Positions 1-13,590 of a DNA stretch of 64,000 nt are shown here, piece after piece. Under the pieces are notes generated by a model, which did not search any database, had not been told where the DNA came from, and saw only the letters and a list, made by a program, of their open reading frames with translations. Made by a program: the position numbers and the translations under genes. The stretch is taken from NCBI RefSeq assembly GCF_006345805.1, contig NC_043007.1:36332001-36396000 (forward strand), read 5' to 3'. The stretch comes from Octopus sinensis (taxonomy: Eukaryota). Within the stretch, counting starts at the first letter, position 1; each line of letters begins with the position of its first letter.

Positions 1-599
1 GTGGAGAGGGGAGGCAAGGTTGTTTATGGGCGACTGCTGGCCTTCCATAAACAACCTTGCCCGGATTGAGCCTGGGAGGGTAACTTTCTAGGTTCAATCC
101 CACAGTCAGTCATGACCGGAGCGGGGCTCAATATTTGTATTTTATGTACAATTGGCATGAAGTCACTCGTCAAAATACTCTAGCCTCTGTTCTACATACT
201 GCCTTTTCACTCTACTTTTTCTACAGTAGCCTCTACCCCTCCGAATTATGCACTCTAGTGCCGTCTCCACTCGATCATTCTGATTCACTGCTTCTGATCT
301 CTATATAGTATCAAGCATCGAAGCCCTTTTTCGTTCAAGTCTTTCTTATTAAAACTGGAATTCTTTCCCGACCGATATATATATTTTTTATCTTTAGTCT
401 TCGACTCGTAACAATATTTGTTCGTAACTTCATCGCAGTTTATCTCCAATCGAAGTTCTAACTCGAACCAAACCTCAAACATTTTAACAGACGCATAACT
501 CCTGCTGATGTTGACTCGCTTTTCCAAGCGCCAAAATATTAGCCTGTCGACTTGTTCTGGTCAATGCGTCTTCCTCCAGTCCACCACCTCATATTTCCT

Positions 600-1130
600 C
601 GATGTAGTATCAACTACCTCGCGGTGTACATCATGATGACAAGCGTTATCCATGCATGCCGACACAACCTTCTTGCATCACACTTCGGTCAGAATACCCC
701 TCAACACCAGTAGCTTTCTTAGAAATAACCAAAATGCACAGGAGCTTTGAGAGAAGAACTTCCTCAGGAAACCGAGAACACAATGGAAACAATTCTTCTA
801 TGTGGTCATTTCGTTTGATGACCGAGTAGAAATCACTGTATATTAAAGCGATTCAGCATTCAAAAACGAGATTGAAACCTGGTATACTATGGAACGTTGT
901 CAGTTATCAATGGTCGACTTCATAGCAATTGGCTTGATCTAAAGCAGATAGTGGCCCCATCAAAGCCATGTTTATTTCATGCCTCACCTCGAGGTGGAGA
1001 CTAGTGTGGATAGATCTATTAAGAGTCGCACTTTCGACAAGCGCCAATCTCTTCGCAAACACCTCAGCGAAAATCGTAATCTCTGATTCATGGAAACTTT
1101 GAAGTCTTTTGTATATTACTTTCTGTTGTG
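600..1130 (-). mobile_element. Degenerate L1/Tx1-like non-LTR retrotransposon RT fragment
   Basis: The minus-strand translation (IFAEVFAKRL...NRSIHTSLHL...ALDQANCYEVDH; GFNLVFEC*IALIYSD; VSACMDN) follows the order of L1/Tx1 RT motifs, with stops and frameshifts. Confidence 0.6.
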
Positions 1131-2606
1131 TGTAGTTTGGGATGGACAACCAAATGAAAACCATTGTTATTGTTACGTGTTTATTGACTATTCATGATAC
1201 ACGGACTCGACATTCAGCGTAGTAATACATTGTATACTTTACACACAGCTGTACTGTTCACTGACAAAATAGTGCCAAGAGTGGGGATGTAGTTTGGCAT
1301 ACGCAAACACATAGATATGAATGTGTAACACTTTCGAAAGGTTTAACATTTGATGTCCCTTGTTCATGCCCTTCTTCAGTAGCACCAGAATCACATTCCG
1401 GTTAACACATCTGGAAATGTTTCTAATCAGTTGCCACTTACGATAGACGTCTCTCAAGAGAAGGGCGAATATATCTCACATCTCCCCATAAAACTTGTAA
1501 ACCATCCAATAACGGTTTCTGATTTAGGCAAAGGCCAACAGTTTTGAGTGGACGAGTTTAGTCGATACTATCGACCACATTATTTGACAGGCATTTTATT
1601 TTAACGATAAGGAAGACGAAGTTGAATTAGGCAGGATTTTAACTCAGAATGTAAGCAGTGGGAAGAAATTCGACCATCCAATAATAATTTCTAAGACTGG
1701 AACAAAACCATAAATTTTAGGTATTGGTTAGTCAATTAAACCGACCCGAATGCATGACTAGTACTTTTTTTTATCGACTTTGGGATGACAAAAGGCAACA
1801 TTTACCTTAATGGTATCCAAGCTTAAAAAAACAAAACAAATACCTTTCTAAAACTCCAATCAAATTACATCGACCGCAGGATGAAAAGTAGAAGCGAGCT
1901 CGGAACTTAGAACGTAAAGCCGTAAAGAATGGTTCTAAGGACTTTACTAATGATTCTGCCACTGTACCACCAATCTAATCCAATGATAAAAATAATAATT
2001 GTTTCTAATATAAGTTCAAGGTCATAAATTTGGAGGTAGGGATTAGTCAATGATATCGATCCTTCCCTAATACCTGATTGATGTTTTATTTTATCGTCCC
2101 CCGAAAGAACGAAAAAGAAAGTTGGCCTCGGTGGAATTTGAACTCTGGACGTTAAGAGCCGGAACTAATATGTTCTGGCATTTTGCACGACACTCTACTG
2201 ATATTTCTAATGGTTTCGTAATTTAGTTACAAAGCAACGTATTGAAGCTAGGGAACATTCGGTTTCATCATCTTCCCCTACCTCCGAGTGAGTTACTGGT
2301 ATTTATTTAACCGATCCTTATTCATCCGAACTTGGTTTTATCAGAAGATAAATAGCTGTGGTTAAATTATTGTCAAGTACTTCGAGACTCTACCTATTCC
2401 GCAAACCCGATTTTGCCAGGTCACTGCCTTCAGTGATTATTGACATAAGTACAAAGCAACACATTTGTGCCATGAGTTGTGCATCCCATTCTATCGACTG
2501 ACCATCGTCCGTGTCATGCTTTACTTATTTTTATATTGCAACTGGTGAATAATTGTGTCATTAGTCTTACAGGTGTCTGCGAAGGCGCATGGCTCAGTGG
2601 TTAGGT

Positions 2607-2835
2607 GGTGAGCTGGCAGAATCGTTAGCACGTCGGGCGAAATGCTTAGCTGTATTTCGGCTGCCGTTACGTTGTGAGTTCAAATTCCGCCGAGGTTGAC
2701 TTTGCCTTTCATCCTTTCGGGGTCGATAAATTAAGTACCAGTTACGCACTGGGGTCGATGTAATCGACTTAATACCTATGTCTGTCCTTGTTTGTCCCCT
2801 CTATGTTTAGCCCCTTGTGGGTAATAAAGAAATAG
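2607..2835 (+). mobile_element. tRNA-derived SINE family A (head ggcg..gagctggcagaa..gttag; core gcctttcatcctttcggggtcgataaa). Other copies lie near 13620-13850(-), 20976-21195(+), 22915-23130(+), 29575-29710(-) and 35440-35655(+).
   Basis: Repeated many times in the window, with A/B-box-like head (gttcaaattcc). The 20976 copy is flanked by an 11-bp TSD aagaatatcag. Confidence 0.85.
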
Positions 2836-3750
2836 GTTAGAGCGTCGAGCTTACGATCTTGAGGTTGTAAGTTCGATTCCCGGACCGGGCTGCGTGTTGT
2901 GTTCGTGAGCAAGACACTTTATTTCACGTTGCTCCAGTTAACTCAGCTGTAGAAATGAGTTGCGACATCACTGGTGCCAAGCTGTATCAGCCTTTCCCTT
3001 GGATAACATCAGTGGTGTGCAGAGGGGAGGCTGTGTGTATGTGTGTGTGCGTGCGCATGTGTACACACACACACACTACAAAATACACAAGCACGCACAC
3101 ATACACATCTGCACATAAACACACACACTACAAAATACACATGCACGCACACATGCATACACATCTGCGCCCACATGTATACACACACACACACCACACA
3201 CACACACACACACGTATTGGCCGAGTCCAATTATGATGGCAGACACTTGCCCAAAGTTCCACTTACAACTATCGAACCCAGAAACAGTCGGTTGCGAGCT
3301 AAATTTCTTCAGCAAGCAAACATGCCTATGCCCTTCAGTGGTATTAATTTGACCGCTATTTCTAGCAGGCCGAGTGACTGTACAGAATTTATTTCTTCGG
3401 TTTATCATCTAAAATGCGTGTCCAATTATCGTAAGTATTGTATTCCTCTGGAACATGTCTATACAGAGTTATGAAAAAAAATTTTTTTTTAAACCCAAGA
3501 TATAATTCTTGACATCGTTATCAATGACGTTTAAAGATAAATAGATTTTTAATTGATTAAACATTCTCAGAGATATAACATTACAGACAATAAACATTTA
3601 ACAATAACAGCTTCTGATTTATAATTTAATTAAGTAGTGGTTTATAATTGATTGGGAAATGAAAAGCCAAAGGTGACCAACAATATGCAATGATATTTTG
3701 AAGTATTAGATTAATATCCTTGAGTAAACAAGGCCGTATGTAGTTCGCTT

Positions 3751-4135
3751 GGAGGCGCAATGGCCCAGTAGTTAGGGCAGCGGACTCGCGGTCATAGGAT
3801 CGCGGTTTAGATTCCCAGACCGGGCGCTGTGAGTGTTTATTGAGCGAAAACACCTAAAATGCTCCACGAGGCTCCGGCAGGGGATGGTGGTGATCCCTGC
3901 TGTACTCTTTCACCACAACTTTCTCTCACTCTTACTTCCTGTTTCTGTTGTACCTGTATTTCAAAGGGCCGGCCTTGTCACTCTCTGTGTCACGCTGAAT
4001 ATCCTCGAGAACTACGTTAAGGGTACACGTGTCTGTGGAGTGCTCAGCCACTTACACGTTAATTTCACGAGCAGGCTGTTCCGTTGATTCGGATCAACCG
4101 GAACCCTCGTCGTCGTAACCGACGAAGTGCTTCCC
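3751..4135 (+). mobile_element. Full-length tRNA-derived SINE family C. Other copies lie at 5964-6316(-), 62977-63362(+), a partial at 59911-60060 and a 3' part at 35130-35360.
   Basis: tRNA-like head ggaggcgcaatggcccagtggttagg...gttt(c/a)gattcc and a perfect 13-bp TSD atgtagttcgctt (3738-3750 / 4136-4148). Near-identical copies occur elsewhere in the window. Confidence 0.92.
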
Positions 4136-4273
4136 ATGTAGTTCGCTTAGCAAAAGCGTAGCCGGGTCCTAAAGTTAAGAGGAACGAGCACAGGCAAAAA
4201 GGCGTCATGACACATATCAAACAATTTTTAACTCACTTTCCTTATATTACGCGAAATGTTTCATTAGTTATTA

Positions 4274-4666
4274 GGCGTAGGAGTGGCTGTGTGGTAAGTA
4301 GCTTGCTTACCAACCACATGGTTCCGGGTTCAGTCCCACTGCGTGGCACCTTGGGCAAGTGTCTTCTACTATAGCCTCGGGCCGACCAAAGCCTTGTGAG
4401 TGGATTTGGTAGACGGAAACTGAAAGAAGCCCGTCGTATATATGTATATATATATGTGTGTGTGCGTGTGTGTGTCTGTGATCCCCCGATATCGCTTGAC
4501 AACCGATGCTGGTGTGTTTATGTCCCCGTAACTTAGCGGTTAGCAAGAGAAACCGATAGAATAAGTACTAAGCTTACAAATAATAAGTCCTGGGGTCGAT
4601 TTGCTCGACTAAAGGCGGTGCTCCAGCATGGCCGCAATCAAATGACTGAAACAAATAAAAGAAAAG
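4274..4666 (+). mobile_element. tRNA-derived SINE family B with internal (TA/TG)n. Other copies lie near 16085-16420, 25304-25715, 46265-46915, 49835-50245(-), 57705-58205 and 59640-59790(-).
   Basis: Head ggagtggctgtgtggtaag...gggttcagtccc, CORE-like gcaccttgggcaagtg, and tail ggcggtgctccagcatggccgca. More than 10 full or partial copies. Confidence 0.9.
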
Positions 4667-4701
4667 TTATAATATACGTATTATACAATTACGTATATTA
4701 T

Positions 4702-4790
<89 letters not shown>

Positions 4791-5048
4791 TATATATATT
4801 ATATATATATATATATCTTTTACTCTTTTACTTGTTTCAGTCATTTCACTGTGGCCATACTGGAGCACTGCCTTTAGTAGAGCAAATCGACCCCAGGACT
4901 TATTCTTTGTAAGCCTAGTATTTATTCTATCGGTTTCTCTTGCCAGAAATGTGTAAGGCTAGAATCTAGCTGGTTCGAACATAAACAGGTAGAATAGTTT
5001 AGCTGGATATGGCCGGTTTAAATGTTAAAGGATTAAGTCGGCTAGAAA

Positions 5049-5448
5049 TCTCTATATATATAAACGGCAGTTTGTCTGTCTGTGTGTCTGTCAGGTTGTA
5101 CCCTCACCCTGACCACGGCTTTCAACCGATTCTGATGAAACTTGACATACACATAGCCAAATGTCATAATTCAAAACTAACGCAGCGAAAATTTTGAAAA
5201 GTTCCCCCAGTTCTGACAATAATCGATAAATTCGACATGGGGTCCTAAATCTAAGCTTTTTATATGCAACACATTTTCTGTCGGGAGACAGCTAGGAACA
5301 TCGTATACATAGAAGTATTCGAGTGAAGAGAAGACATTGCAACCTACACATGCGCCTTCGTTCCCTAGAGGGAAAGAACTAGATTGGGATTAGTCGTTGC
5401 CTACTAGGGGCTCTTAAATACCCGGGCAACGCCGGGCTACGCTGCTAG
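5049..5448 (+). mobile_element. Non-autonomous Helitron
   Basis: 5' TC after A (a|tctctatatatataaa), 3' hairpin cccgggcaacgccggg then CTAG|T, and no TSD. These are canonical Helitron ends. Confidence 0.8.
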
Positions 5449-6503
5449 TTGTGCATAAGCCTGATTGACGGATGGTACCTCTTTCCGAGTTATAAATTAG
5501 AATGACACCCCAGTTTAACACCAACGCTTAGCCCTTGAGAGACTTTAACACAGTCCATTATAGGGACTGCAAGGAAAATAGTACGTTCCTATAGCGCGAT
5601 GCTGTGGGGCTGAAGTAAGAATAACATGATTGCAAAGCGATCTTCTTAAGCATTTGCATGTCACTTTTAGCACGAGCCATTTTCTTTAGCTTTAAATCAT
5701 CCCATGCCTTGTAAGTGAAATTGGGGTTGATGAAAACTAGCTAGAAAACCCATCGGATGAACTGAGTCTGTAATTCGAAGGTCCGAATTTGTCACACTGT
5801 ATCAGTCCGATTTCACGTGAGATTGACGTTAAGGGTACACTTGCCAGTGGAACTCTCAACCACTTACACTGAGCCATGCTTGGAAATTATGATCGAGATC
5901 TGCGCATATACACACACACACACGCATATAGATGTATAAAAGTATACATTATTCTGTATGTATGGATGGAAGCACTCCGTCGGTTACGACGATGAGGGTT
6001 CCGGTTGATCCGATCAACGGAACAGCCTGCTCGTGAAATTAACGTGTAAGTGGCTGAGCACTCCACAGACACATGCACCCTTAACGTAGTTCTTGGGAAT
6101 ATTCAGCGTGACACAGAGAGTGACAAGGCCGGCCCCTTGAAATACAGGTACAACAGAAACAGAGTACAGCAGGGATCACCACCATCCCCTGCCGGAGCTT
6201 CGTGGAGCTTTAGGTGTTTTCGCTCAATAAACACTCACAACGCCCGGTCTGGGAATCGAAACCGCGATCCTATGACCGCGAGTCCGCTGCCCTAACCACT
6301 GGGCCATTGCGCCTCCACTCTGTATGTATACATGCGAAACCAATGGTAACTCCTTGACCGATCATACCTAACAGCATTAAAGTGGTTATGTAGGTGCTAC
6401 TCTAACGAAGGCGACAATGTAGGTTCTACCCTGCGCCGTTAATCACAATTAATGACAATTGAAATTTTCCTTTTTGGTTTTGTGTGTGTGTGTGTGTGTG
6501 TTT

Positions 6504-6860
<357 letters not shown>

Positions 6861-7178
6861 ACTCACAAGATAATAAATAAAGCAAACGATGACTATTGTA
6901 AACTATACTCGTCCCAGATGCTTGACCCTGGGATGAGAAGCGCACAGTTGCAAAATTAACTCCTTAATCACATAGCCATACCTGTACCTATCCATTTATG
7001 CCGTTGTGAGATCAAATCCTTTGAGAGTCAACATTACCTTTCATCCTTCCATTCCAGTATCATAAAAAAAATACCAAATCTATGACACGTTGGTATCGAC
7101 AACTTCTCTTTGTTATTCTAACCATTAATCAATCAGTTTTTAATTAATTTATTTCATCTGTTTTTCTACATAATTCAG

Positions 7179-7581
7179 ATTCCTGCGGTCAGTGGATTCA
7201 ATGTAAATACCATTCTTTGAGACGGTACCTGAAACAGCTGGAGAACCTACCAAGTTGCCCATGTGTCTTCCCGAACCTCATGTGGCACAACCAGTTATGG
7301 GACGAGCAAAGAGAGTCATATTTCACATGGGAGATCGCCAGTTCACCTGCCGAACGCAGAGACATCTACAGGCCGGGTGCCAAATTCTGCATACGTTCGC
7401 TGCTGGAGCCAGGTATGATAACTCTTGCTGTGCAACATTGCTGCTACGATGTAAAGCAAAGACTCATTACACGCGGCAGGGCAGCTGGAACCCCGAACCT
7501 CATCAGCCCTCAGATCTCCTGGGAATTACACAAGAAAGTTGACATCCTACCATGGGTCCTCTGCAAAGGTGATTGGTTGAG
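7179..7581 (+). CDS. ISM1: Isthmin-like protein, penultimate coding exon (AMOP domain)
   Basis: Acceptor ttcag| and donor |gtcagt. It translates as SCGQWIQCK...LPSCPC...RPGAKFCIRS...QHCCYD...LITRGRAAGTPNLISP...ELHKKVDILPWVLCKGDW, which is colinear with the vertebrate ISM1/ISM2 AMOP domain. Upstream exons (TSP1) were not found in the window. Confidence 0.92.
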
Positions 7582-9703
7582 GTCAGTACCGTGTTTTATA
7601 CTTTTTCCTTTTATTGTTGTTGTTTTTGTGGAGGAGATGGAATTTTTTTTTTTATTCTTTATATTATTTTTATAGGTTTCATTCACTGGACTGCGGCCAT
7701 GCTAGGACTCTGCCTTCTTTTTTCTTTTTGTAGGAGGGAACTACAGACAATTGCGTCAACCCCCCACTACTTTATTTTATCAACTTCAAAAGGATAAAAG
7801 ACAAAAAGGGCCTGGGTAGGATTTGAAATCCGAACATAAAGGGACGTTAGCAAATACAACCATCGTTTTACATCTACTTCCCATACTTGCATGGGTTAGA
7901 CGACTTGTTACTACACTCCTAGATGAATCAGAACTCTACATCTCGTACACAGAGTTTTATTTTTGGCTTCGTTTCTATGACTAGATGCTGTATTTTACAT
8001 TACAGAGTGTACTTAGTGCATTTTTTCATATCACAAGCACTAGGGAGGTTATTTTGCTTTTGACAAGACTAAAGGGAGAGGGCTTGTTGATCCCTATTTT
8101 TACATTTTGATGTAACAGTGACACCAGAGGGAATAGATGTGTGCAGTGGCAGCTCGTAGACAAAATTAGTAAGGGTGCTGCTTCAGGAAATTTTTTAGCC
8201 ATTGTTTTAATATTGCGTAAAAGGAAACAAACATATAACAAGGAAATTTATATATAAACTTGATCGGTTCGTTTTTAGCCACTGCTGGGTAGTGTGTTTA
8301 ATTTATTCACTGAACACGGCCGCGAATTCCCCCTTGTTTCTCAAAAATCTCCACTAAATCACAAAATAAAGGTGGAGAAATGTGTCCTATTTTTCAAATC
8401 CTGGTAGCAACATTGTATCTGGAGACAGGATAATAATCTAATTCTACACTTTATCACATTCAAGAATGTAAACACGTTTTTAAGCACAACACATGCAGAG
8501 TCTAAAAGAAACACTACTTTTCACCAGCACATCGGGGTCGGCATTGCATGGATCACAGTGTTTTTTCTCCCTAGCGTGAAGCTTCTTATCTCAGACATGT
8601 GTGCATGTGCACAACAGCCTAACACCGTGTCGCTGGAACTGTGAAGTGTACAGTTCTATACAAGGATTTTTGTTCTTTTTTTTTCATAAACCAGGGGATA
8701 GCTGTGGAGACACATGGTCTAGTGGTTAGAGCAGCGGACTCGCGGTTGAGGGATCGTGGATTCGAATCTCAGACCGGGCGATGTGTGTGTTTATGAGTGA
8801 AACACCTAAGCTCCATGCAGCTCCGCCAGAAGGTAATGGAGAACTTCTGCTGACTCTTTCACCACAACTTTCTCTCACTCTTTCCTCTTGCATCTCACCT
8901 GCGACGGACTGGCGTCCCATCCAAGTGGGGAACCTATACGCCAAGGAATCCGGGAAACTGGCCCTAATGAGGAACAAGAAGAAGGGGATGGCTACTAACA
9001 TTAAGCTTAAGGATTATATAATGTACAAGTTCAAAGAAAGAATCAAAGAAAAAAGGACTAATCATATAGAATGTTATAGATAATATCGAGTGGAAATAGG
9101 GGATGCTGCAAGTTCCGCAGTGCCTATACACGAGCTGTCACTGGGTGTGTGAGATTATAATGTGACACGGGGTGGTTAAATGGTAAGAGTGACTAATGAG
9201 TATCATCAACACAGGTTCCATTCCCAAGGCATTAATTGGCTCAGGAGCCTGGTGAAGCCTCCTGGCTTCCCAGACCCCAGTCGAACCGTCCAGCCCGTGC
9301 TAGCACAGAAAACGGACATTAAACGATGATGATGATGATATATATATGTGTGTGGAGGCGTGTGGCTTAGTGGTTAGGGTGTCAGCATCATGATCGTAAG
9401 ATTGTGGTTTCGATTCCTGGACCGGGCGACGCATTGTGTTCTTGAGCAAAACACTTCATTTCACATTGCTCCAGTCCACTCAGCTAGCAAAAATGAGTAA
9501 CGCTGCGATGGACTTGCGTCCCGTCCAGCTGGGGATCACATATGCCATAGAAACCAGCAAACCGGGCCCATGAGCCTAGCTAGGCTTTAAAAAGGGCACA
9601 TTTATTTTTATTATATATATATATATATATATATACTTTTGAATATTTTTCATTGCTTTTATCTGTTACTAATATCCAATTCCTCTTGATATTCTCACTG
9701 CAG

Positions 9704-9803
9704 ATATCATCAGATGGTACCACCAAACAATGCAGTGAAATGTGAAGAGAATCCCAAAGACAGAGAATTCTACAATCAAATTATGGATTTAAGAAATATA
9801 TAA
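9704..9803 (+). CDS. ISM1: Isthmin-like protein, terminal coding exon
   Basis: Acceptor ctgcag| in the correct phase with the previous exon. It encodes YHQMVPPNNAVKCEENPKDREFYNQIMDLRNI*, matching the ISM C-terminus (PPNN..C...P.D). Confidence 0.88.
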
Positions 9804-9823
9804 TGATCTTTTTTTTCAGTATA

Positions 9824-9829
9824 AATAAA
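9824..9829 (+). promoter_or_regulatory. Candidate polyadenylation signal of the isthmin-like gene
   Basis: Tandem AATAAA about 20 nt after the stop codon. Confidence 0.5.
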
Positions 9830-11139
9830 TAAATAAAAATGTATGCATTGTTAGTGTTTATATCTTTTATGTTTTCTTGTTTCACTTAATGAACTGTGGC
9901 CATATTGGGGCATCACCTCAAAGACTTTAGTTGTACAAATCAAACATAGTACTTATTCCAGGACTTATTCTATTGGTCTCTTTTGCAGAACTACTAAATT
10001 ATGGGGATGTAAACAAACCCATACAGACTGTCAAGTAGTGGTAGTGACAAGCACAATGAGGAAGTAAACAAACCAACACAGATTGTCAAGTAATTTATTG
10101 CCACCAAAATGATGAAAGACAAAGTCGACCACAACGGAATTTGAACTCAGAACATAGTGGCAGATGAAATATCGCCAAGCATTTCAGCTGGCATGTTAAT
10201 GATTATGCCAGTTACCTGCCTTAACAACAACAAGAATAATGTGTTGTTTATCTCGATAGAGATCACCATGTCGCACACCTAAGGTTGTGGTGCATGTATC
10301 TGGTGTATCCTTATCGCACACGTAGACATGATGGGTATATTGGGATACATATATTTGTACCCCAGTGTCACTTTGATGGTGTGCACTAATCTCTCACTTA
10401 ATAGTAATAATAATAATCCTTTCTACTAAAGGCACAAGGCCTGAAATTTGGGAGGAGGAATTAATCAATTACATCAACCCCAGTGTTTCACTGGTACTTG
10501 ATTTATTGACCTGGAAAGGATGAAAGGCAAAGTCAGCTTTGGCTAAGTATTTTGCCTGGCGTACTAATGATTTTGCCACCACCACCACCACCAGCAACAA
10601 CAACAGCAAGTGGAGGAGTGGCTAGTTGATATCATTGACTTCAGTTCATGATTGTTACTTTATTTTATCATCCTTGGAGGGATGAAAGTCAAGGAATTGA
10701 ACCTCTGTCACCTAATTAATACAAATTTGATTCCTACTAATTGCTACTTTTCAATCTCTTGCATGAGTCTTTTGCATCTATACAAACACTTAATTTAAAG
10801 AATACAAATTTATTCAACATAATATTTTGTGCTATGAGTTCATTGAATGGTATTGATCAGTCTTTGTTTTCCAAAAACACACACACATTCTTTGTATTAG
10901 ATTCCATAATATATACAAATTACAGATAACAGTTGCCAGTATCCAGATGAAAGTTTTCACTTAGTAAAACTTGCACAACTCTAAGTTGATACTTTTTAAT
11001 GCAAGCTACACGTGAGAATATATTACATGGTCATTATATATCTACATTATTCTTTGATTGCCTTTTACACACACACACACACTTATATACTTTTATTGGT
11101 TTGATTTTCTTATTGAGGCATGAGCTTGTATATGTTTAT

Positions 11140-11208
11140 TTATTCTTCATAAACTATTTTCATTCTGGATTTTGGTACAAGAACTTTAGCTTCACCTTTC
11201 AAGACAAT
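11140..11208 (-). CDS. HTD2: HTD2-like dehydratase exon 4 (terminal)
   Basis: Acceptor ttcttgtag| in phase 0. It encodes IVLKGEAKVLVPKSRMKIVYEE*, matching the HTD2 C-terminal strand. An AATAAA overlaps the stop codon. Confidence 0.8.
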   Translation of the reverse strand: MVLKGEAKVLVPKSRMKIVYEE

Positions 11209-11271
11209 CTACAAGAAAGAAAAGAGAGAAGTATTAGTTCAATAATTTTACATAATACAATTATATTTTTA

Positions 11272-12300
11272 TAAGATAAGTACAAAGCCAAAAATTTGGA
11301 GTGATGGTTTTTAACTTAAATCACTTTGACCCTTTAATATTTAAACAGGCCATATCAGGCCCAAAGATTCTACTTGTTTTAAGTTTACACTGGCCAGATC
11401 CAGCCTCTCACACCTACCCTACAATATCATTTTGAAAATGATGTAAGATAAGTACAAAGCCAAAAATTTGGAGTGATGGTTTTTAACTTAAATCACTTTG
11501 ACTCTTTAATAGTTAAACAAGCCATATCAGGCCCAAAGATTCTACTAGTTTTAAGTTTGCACTGGCCAGATTCAGCCACTCACACCTACCCTATAATATC
11601 ATTTGAAAAATGATATAAGATAAGTACAAAGACTAAAATTTGGAGTGATGGTTTTTAACTTAAATCACTTTAACCCTTTAATATTTAAACAAGCCATATC
11701 AGGTCCAAAGATTCTACTTGTTTTAAGTTTGCACTGGCCAGATTCAGCCACTCACACCTACCCTATAATATCATTTTGAAAAATGATATAAGATAAGTAC
11801 AAAGACTAAAATTTGGAGTGATGGTTTTTAACTTAAATCACTTTAACCCTTTAATATTTAAACAAGCCATATCAGGTCCAAAGATTCTACTTGTTTTAAG
11901 TTTGCACTGGCCAGATTCAGCCACTCACACCTACCCTATAATATCATTTGAAAAATGATATAAGATAAGTACAAAGACTAAAATTTGGAGTGATGGTTTT
12001 TAACTTAAATCACTTTAACCCTTTAATATTTAAACAAGCCATATCAGGTCCAAAGATTCTACTTGTTTTAAGTTTGCACTGGCCAGATTCAGCCACTCAC
12101 ACCTACCCTATAATATCATTTGAAAAATGATATAAGATAAGTACAAAGACTAAAATTTGGAGTGATGGTTTTTAACTTAAATCACTTTAACCCTTTAATA
12201 TTTAAACAAGCCATATCAGGTCCAAAGATTCTACTTGTTTTAAGTTTGCACTGGCCAGATTCAGCCTATCATAACTACTCTACAATATCATTTTAAAAAT
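11272..12300. repeat. Tandem array, about 172-bp unit x6
   Basis: Units start with taagataagtacaaag at 11272, 11444, 11616, 11789, 11961 and 12133. Confidence 0.95.
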
Positions 12301-12389
12301 AAATGATCACATCATTGAAATCTCAATACTATGAGGTAATGTACTGAGTGATATTGGTGTGTTTACTTTGCAAGTTATGAAATTTGTAT

Positions 12390-13590
12390 CTTAGTGATCA
12401 TGTGTATGCTGTAGTCTGTGATTTTTGTCATGGACAGGAACAAAGAGCCAACATGAAATTTTGCATTAAACTTGGGAAGTCTGCTACAGAGACACTGAGC
12501 ATGCTTCAGCAGATTTACAACAAGGAGGCAATGGGTCGTATGCAATGTTTCAAGTGGCATGAGCACAAAACAAAACCACAGCTTAATCAAGAGCAGCTCG
12601 TCTTTTTTTTTTACATCCGCAGTATTGTACATCGAAAATTCATCTCCCAGGGTCAGACCATCAACCAAGAGTTCTACTGCGATGGTTTGAAGAATTGGGA
12701 GGTGGACATTCAACGAAAGCAACCAAATCTGTGTAGCATGAAGAATTGGATTCTTCATGATAACAATGCAACCCGTCACTAAGCTCTCCTCACTCGTGAG
12801 TTTGTCACTAAAAACAACACGGTATCGCTTCCACACCTGCCCTCAAAGGTTGCGATTTTAACACCATTGTCAAGATCCAGAGTGAATCACAAAAGGTCTT
12901 CGACTTGCTTACAAAAAATAACACACTATCACTTCCACACCTGCCCTCAAAGGTTGCGATTTTAACACCATTGTCAAGATCCAGAATGAATCACAAAAGG
13001 TCTTCGACTTGCTTACAAAAAATAACACACTATCACTTCCACACCTGCCCTCAAAGGTTGTCATTTTAACACCATTGTCAAGATCCAGAATGAATCACAG
13101 AAGGTCCTCGACTCGCTTACAAAAAATAATACACTATCACTTCCACACCTGCCCTCAAAGGTTGTCATTTTAACACCATTGTCAAGATCCAGAATGAATC
13201 ACAGAAGGTCCTCGACTCGCTTACAAAAAATAACACACTATCACTTCCACACCTGCCCTCAAAGGTTGTCATTTTAACACCATTGTCAAGATCCAGAGTG
13301 AATCACAAAAGGTCTTCGACTTGCTTACAAAAAATAACACACTATCACTTCCACACCTGCCCTCAAAGGTTGTCATTTTAACACCATTGTCAAGATACAG
13401 AGTGAATCACAGAAGGTCCTCGACTTGCTTACAAAAACAACTTCCAGGCTGGATTCCAAAAGTGACAGGAATGCTGAAACTGGTGTATTGCTTGCACAAG
13501 GTAACTATTTCGAAGGAGATGAAAGTAAAACTTAGGTGAATAAGTTATTTTTTTATCAAACATAACTAGTCTGGAAACTTTTTGATACTA
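12390..13590 (+). mobile_element. Internally deleted mariner element containing a tandem array
   Basis: EQRANMKFCIKLGKSATETL, then the catalytic region (GQTINQEFYC...WILHDNNA), then the C-terminus and a 3' TIR-like ctagtctggaaactttttgatac. Confidence 0.85.
12828..13440. repeat. Tandem array, 104-bp unit x6, inside the mariner remnant
   Basis: Units start with cttccacacctgccctc at 12828, 12932, 13036, 13140, 13244 and 13348. Confidence 0.95.

Noticed and set aside
3751-3830. tRNA genes at SINE heads (also 9355, 25876, 56198, 62977)
   Set aside because: They have A/B boxes but continue into SINE bodies with TSDs, and I saw no complete acceptor stem.
8026-8241. Minus-strand ORF in the isthmin intron, with a faint resemblance to a helicase-like CMS1 segment
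   Set aside because: The similarity is too weak, there are no convincing splice sites, and no companion exons were found.
11272-13440. Tandem arrays as CRISPR
   Set aside because: The units are contiguous with no unique spacers, are 104-172 bp long, derive from transposons, and sit in a eukaryotic context with no cas genes.
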